From the NCBI GenBank assembly GCA_031409335.1, contig JANNWY010000245.1:22202-38201 (forward strand): DNA of 16,000 bases, in the 5' to 3' direction. Source of the DNA: Chthoniobacteraceae bacterium (lineage in GTDB: Bacteria; Verrucomicrobiota; Verrucomicrobiia; Chthoniobacterales; Chthoniobacteraceae). Shown piece by piece: positions 14,027 through 16,000 of the stretch; within the stretch, counting starts at the first letter, position 1, and each line of letters begins with the position of its first letter. The notes under the pieces were generated by a model that did no database searches, had not been told where the DNA came from, and saw only the letters and a list, made by a program, of their open reading frames with translations. A program made the translations under genes and the position numbers.

Positions 14027-14926
14027 ATGTTTCCCATGAAAAAAATCATCCTCAGCACTTTCACCGTCGCCCTCGCCGCGAACGCCGCCCACGCACAGCT
14101 ATCCGCCTACACACCGGAGCGGAATCAACTCATCGCCAGTGTCGCCTACCAGTATCAGCGCTACGACGAATTCTGGGCAGGCACTAACAGCGTCTCGCTC
14201 AAACTAGCCACTGGCTTCCGCGAGCAGCAGCAGCACTCGACCTTTCTCACCCTCGAGTACGGCATCCTCGATGACCTCGCGCTCGATGTCACCGTCGGCT
14301 ATTCGTGGGCCACATTTGTGGGTGGCCCCGGCAATGATCTCACCGATGACGGACTCACCGACACCTCCTTTGGCCTGCGCTACCGCGCGATCGACGAACG
14401 CAAGTTCGCGTGGCTACCCACCGTCACGCTGCGCGTCGGTGGCATCGTCAATGGCACCTACGATGACGCGTTTCCCTTCTCATCCGGCGACGGTGCGGAT
14501 GCCATCGAAACCTCCGCGCTCCTCGCGAAGCAGCTCTGCCCCGGCCTCGGCCTCTACGGCGAGATCGGCTACCGCTGGCGGAACAACGACGTGCCCGATG
14601 ACCTTTTCGGAGCCGTCGGCCTCGCCGTGACCTACATCAAGGACGTAACCCTCAGCGTTGGCTACCGCCACACCGAGGGTCAGTCCGGCCCCGACATCGG
14701 CTCGCCCGGATTCGGCGTCGATTTCGGATTCCCGCAGGTAAAAGAAGTCGATCAACGCATCGAAGCCAGCCTCGGCTACACCGATGGCGGCGGACGCAAC
14801 TACTCGCTCTACTTTGCGCAAACCCTCGTCGGCCAGAACACCGGTGAGAAGTCGATCTTCGGCCTCTCCGTTTCAATTCCGTTCGGCGGGAGCGGCCCCG
14901 AGCCGTCGCCTTCCTACAAAAAGTAA
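14027..14926 (+). CDS. Outer-membrane beta-barrel protein (transporter / MetA-pathway-like porin family)
   Basis: An alternative start at 14036 gives MKKIILSTFTVALAANAAHA/QL as the signal peptide. There are repeated amphipathic strands ('LALDVTVGYSW', 'TSFGLRYRA', 'TVTLRVGGIV', 'GLYGEIGYRW', 'AVGLAVTYI', 'TLSVGYRH', 'RIEASLGYT', 'NYSLYFAQTL') and a beta-signal-like 'IFGLSVSIPF' near the C-terminus. Confidence 0.75.
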   Translation: MFPMKKIILSTFTVALAANAAHAQLSAYTPERNQLIASVAYQYQRYDEFWAGTNSVSLKLATGFREQQQHSTFLTLEYGILDDLALDVTVGYSWATFVGGPGNDLTDDGLTDTSFGLRYRAIDERKFAWLPTVTLRVGGIVNGTYDDAFPFSSGDGADAIETSALLAKQLCPGLGLYGEIGYRWRNNDVPDDLFGAVGLAVTYIKDVTLSVGYRHTEGQSGPDIGSPGFGVDFGFPQVKEVDQRIEASLGYTDGGGRNYSLYFAQTLVGQNTGEKSIFGLSVSIPFGGSGPEPSPSYKK

Positions 14927-16000
14927 AAGGGTCACCAGACCTAGTTCGAGAATCCGAACCCAGTCTGGCAGTTCATACGCTGCCAGGCTGGGTTCACTCG
15001 CGTACAGGCCATGCGCATAGCTCAGCGTCACCACCGCCAGCGCACCCATGCCCCACGCGGAAGGGCGCAGCACCACGAAGGGCAGCAGCGCCAGCAGATA
15101 CCAGGGATTCACCACCGCGCTCAGTAGGAAAAAGAAGCCGAAGACCAAGTCGCCGCGGGGAAGTTCCGTGGCCGGACCAGGCCTGTGCCACCAGCGCCAA
15201 AGCAGCATCCCCCAGATCATCGCGAATGCCGCGAGCGTGGTGCCCTTCGCAATGCTCCCGCTGGTGAAGTACGCAAGCGCTGCGAACACCGTCGAGTTGA
15301 ATTCCCAATCGCCCGACATCGCCCGCAGCCCCGCCAGATCGGCGGCGCTGCCTTGCAACCAAAACGGCAAATACGCCGCGGCGAAAACACCGAGCGCCAG
15401 CACGCGATATTTCCAAGCCGCACGCACCAGCAGGAACGGCACGATCAGCACCGCGAAGATTTTCGTCGCGAGCGCCAGCCCGCAGCACACCGCCATCCGC
15501 GCGGCATTTCCTTTTGAGAAAAAACAAAGCGCCGCGACAAGAAAGAACACCCACAACGAATCGGGATGCGCCGTAAACGCCGTCTCCTGAATGAGCAGCG
15601 GACACCACGCGTAAAGCAGCGCGTGACGCGGCGGTGCGAGCCTTAGGAGCAGCGCCAGCGTCAGCAAATCCGCCACGAGCAGGATGAGCTTCCACGGCCA
15701 CAACTTCGCGGGCGCAATCAGGTGCGACAGCGCGAACGCATACTGGCAAACCGGCGCATAGATCGTGGACACATCCGGATTGTTGATTTCATCGAGCACG
15801 CGCTGAAACGGTCCCGGCACCGTCTTGTCCGCGAAATGAGCCGCCGGTGCGGTCGCGTATGGATTTCCCGAAACGACCAACTGTCGCCCATCCCAAAGGT
15901 AGCGCGCCCAATCATCCTCCAGCAGCGGCTCGCCGAAAAATCCCGCGGCACGAAACAGCACGCCCCAAAACCAAACGGCCGGCAACACCTGCGCCGGTCT
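14873..16000 (-). CDS. GT-C-fold polytopic membrane glycosyl/mannosyltransferase (DUF2029/GT87/PIG-M-like); 5' end outside the window
   Basis: The ORF is open to the window end, with no stop between 15988 and 16000 in frame. It has many hydrophobic helices. The first-loop acidic motif 'EPLLEDDWARYLWDGRQLVVSGNPY' resembles the D-x-D...G-x-x-PY motif of PIG-M/PimE-type enzymes. Confidence 0.75.
   Translation of the reverse strand, partial: RPAQVLPAVWFWGVLFRAAGFFGEPLLEDDWARYLWDGRQLVVSGNPYATAPAAHFADKTVPGPFQRVLDEINNPDVSTIYAPVCQYAFALSHLIAPAKLWPWKLILLVADLLTLALLLRLAPPRHALLYAWCPLLIQETAFTAHPDSLWVFFLVAALCFFSKGNAARMAVCCGLALATKIFAVLIVPFLLVRAAWKYRVLALGVFAAAYLPFWLQGSAADLAGLRAMSGDWEFNSTVFAALAYFTSGSIAKGTTLAAFAMIWGMLLWRWWHRPGPATELPRGDLVFGFFFLLSAVVNPWYLLALLPFVVLRPSAWGMGALAVVTLSYAHGLYASEPSLAAYELPDWVRILELGLVTLLLFVGRRRLGAAPAERN

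Noticed and set aside
14039-14045. A7 homopolymer at the start of the beta-barrel gene (ATGAAAAAAATC), with another A7 at 9844-9850 in the Uma2 gene, as phase-variation tracts
   Set aside because: Seven residues is short for efficient slipped-strand switching. The first tract simply encodes the Lys-Lys of a signal-peptide n-region. There is no supporting evidence in the sequence.

Overview
This is a gene-dense, GC-rich chromosomal segment. Hand-counted 60-nt samples range from about 47% to 75% GC. I can support 13 protein-coding genes. I saw no rRNA, tRNA, CRISPR array, transposase or integrase. Left to right the genes are: (1) a 5'-truncated giant exported multidomain protein ending in a TlpA/ResA-type thioredoxin domain; (2) a TonB-dependent receptor, convergent with (1); (3) a secreted GH42-like glycoside hydrolase, divergent from the receptor; (4) a tightly coupled minus-strand ruvC-lipB-GST-like operon; (5) a Uma2-family endonuclease; (6) a minus-strand pair of a 92-aa helical protein and a TatD-family metallohydrolase; (7) a secreted cytochrome b562-like protein followed by a clear hairpin terminator; (8) a secreted PAP2/vanadium-haloperoxidase-family enzyme; (9) a two-gene operon encoding a small exported protein and an outer-membrane beta-barrel; (10) a 5'-truncated GT-C-type membrane glycosyltransferase. 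The many Sec-exported proteins, the absence of Shine-Dalgarno motifs, the G-free CA-rich leaders and the giant multidomain protein suggest a PVC-group (Verrucomicrobiota-like) bacterium, but that is inference only. I found no canonical defence system or mobile element. The observations most worth follow-up are: the apparently heme-less cytochrome-c-like protein coupled to a beta-barrel (13679-14926); the unusual domain fusion in the giant thioredoxin protein (1-2864); a ~175-bp nested palindromic element between convergent genes (7334-7510); the G-free leaders, including a (GTTGARA)x4 tandem repeat (10801-10828); and a 7-1-7 palindrome at the start of the TonB-dependent receptor. All homology statements come from reading the translations by eye. 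None were verified by a search.
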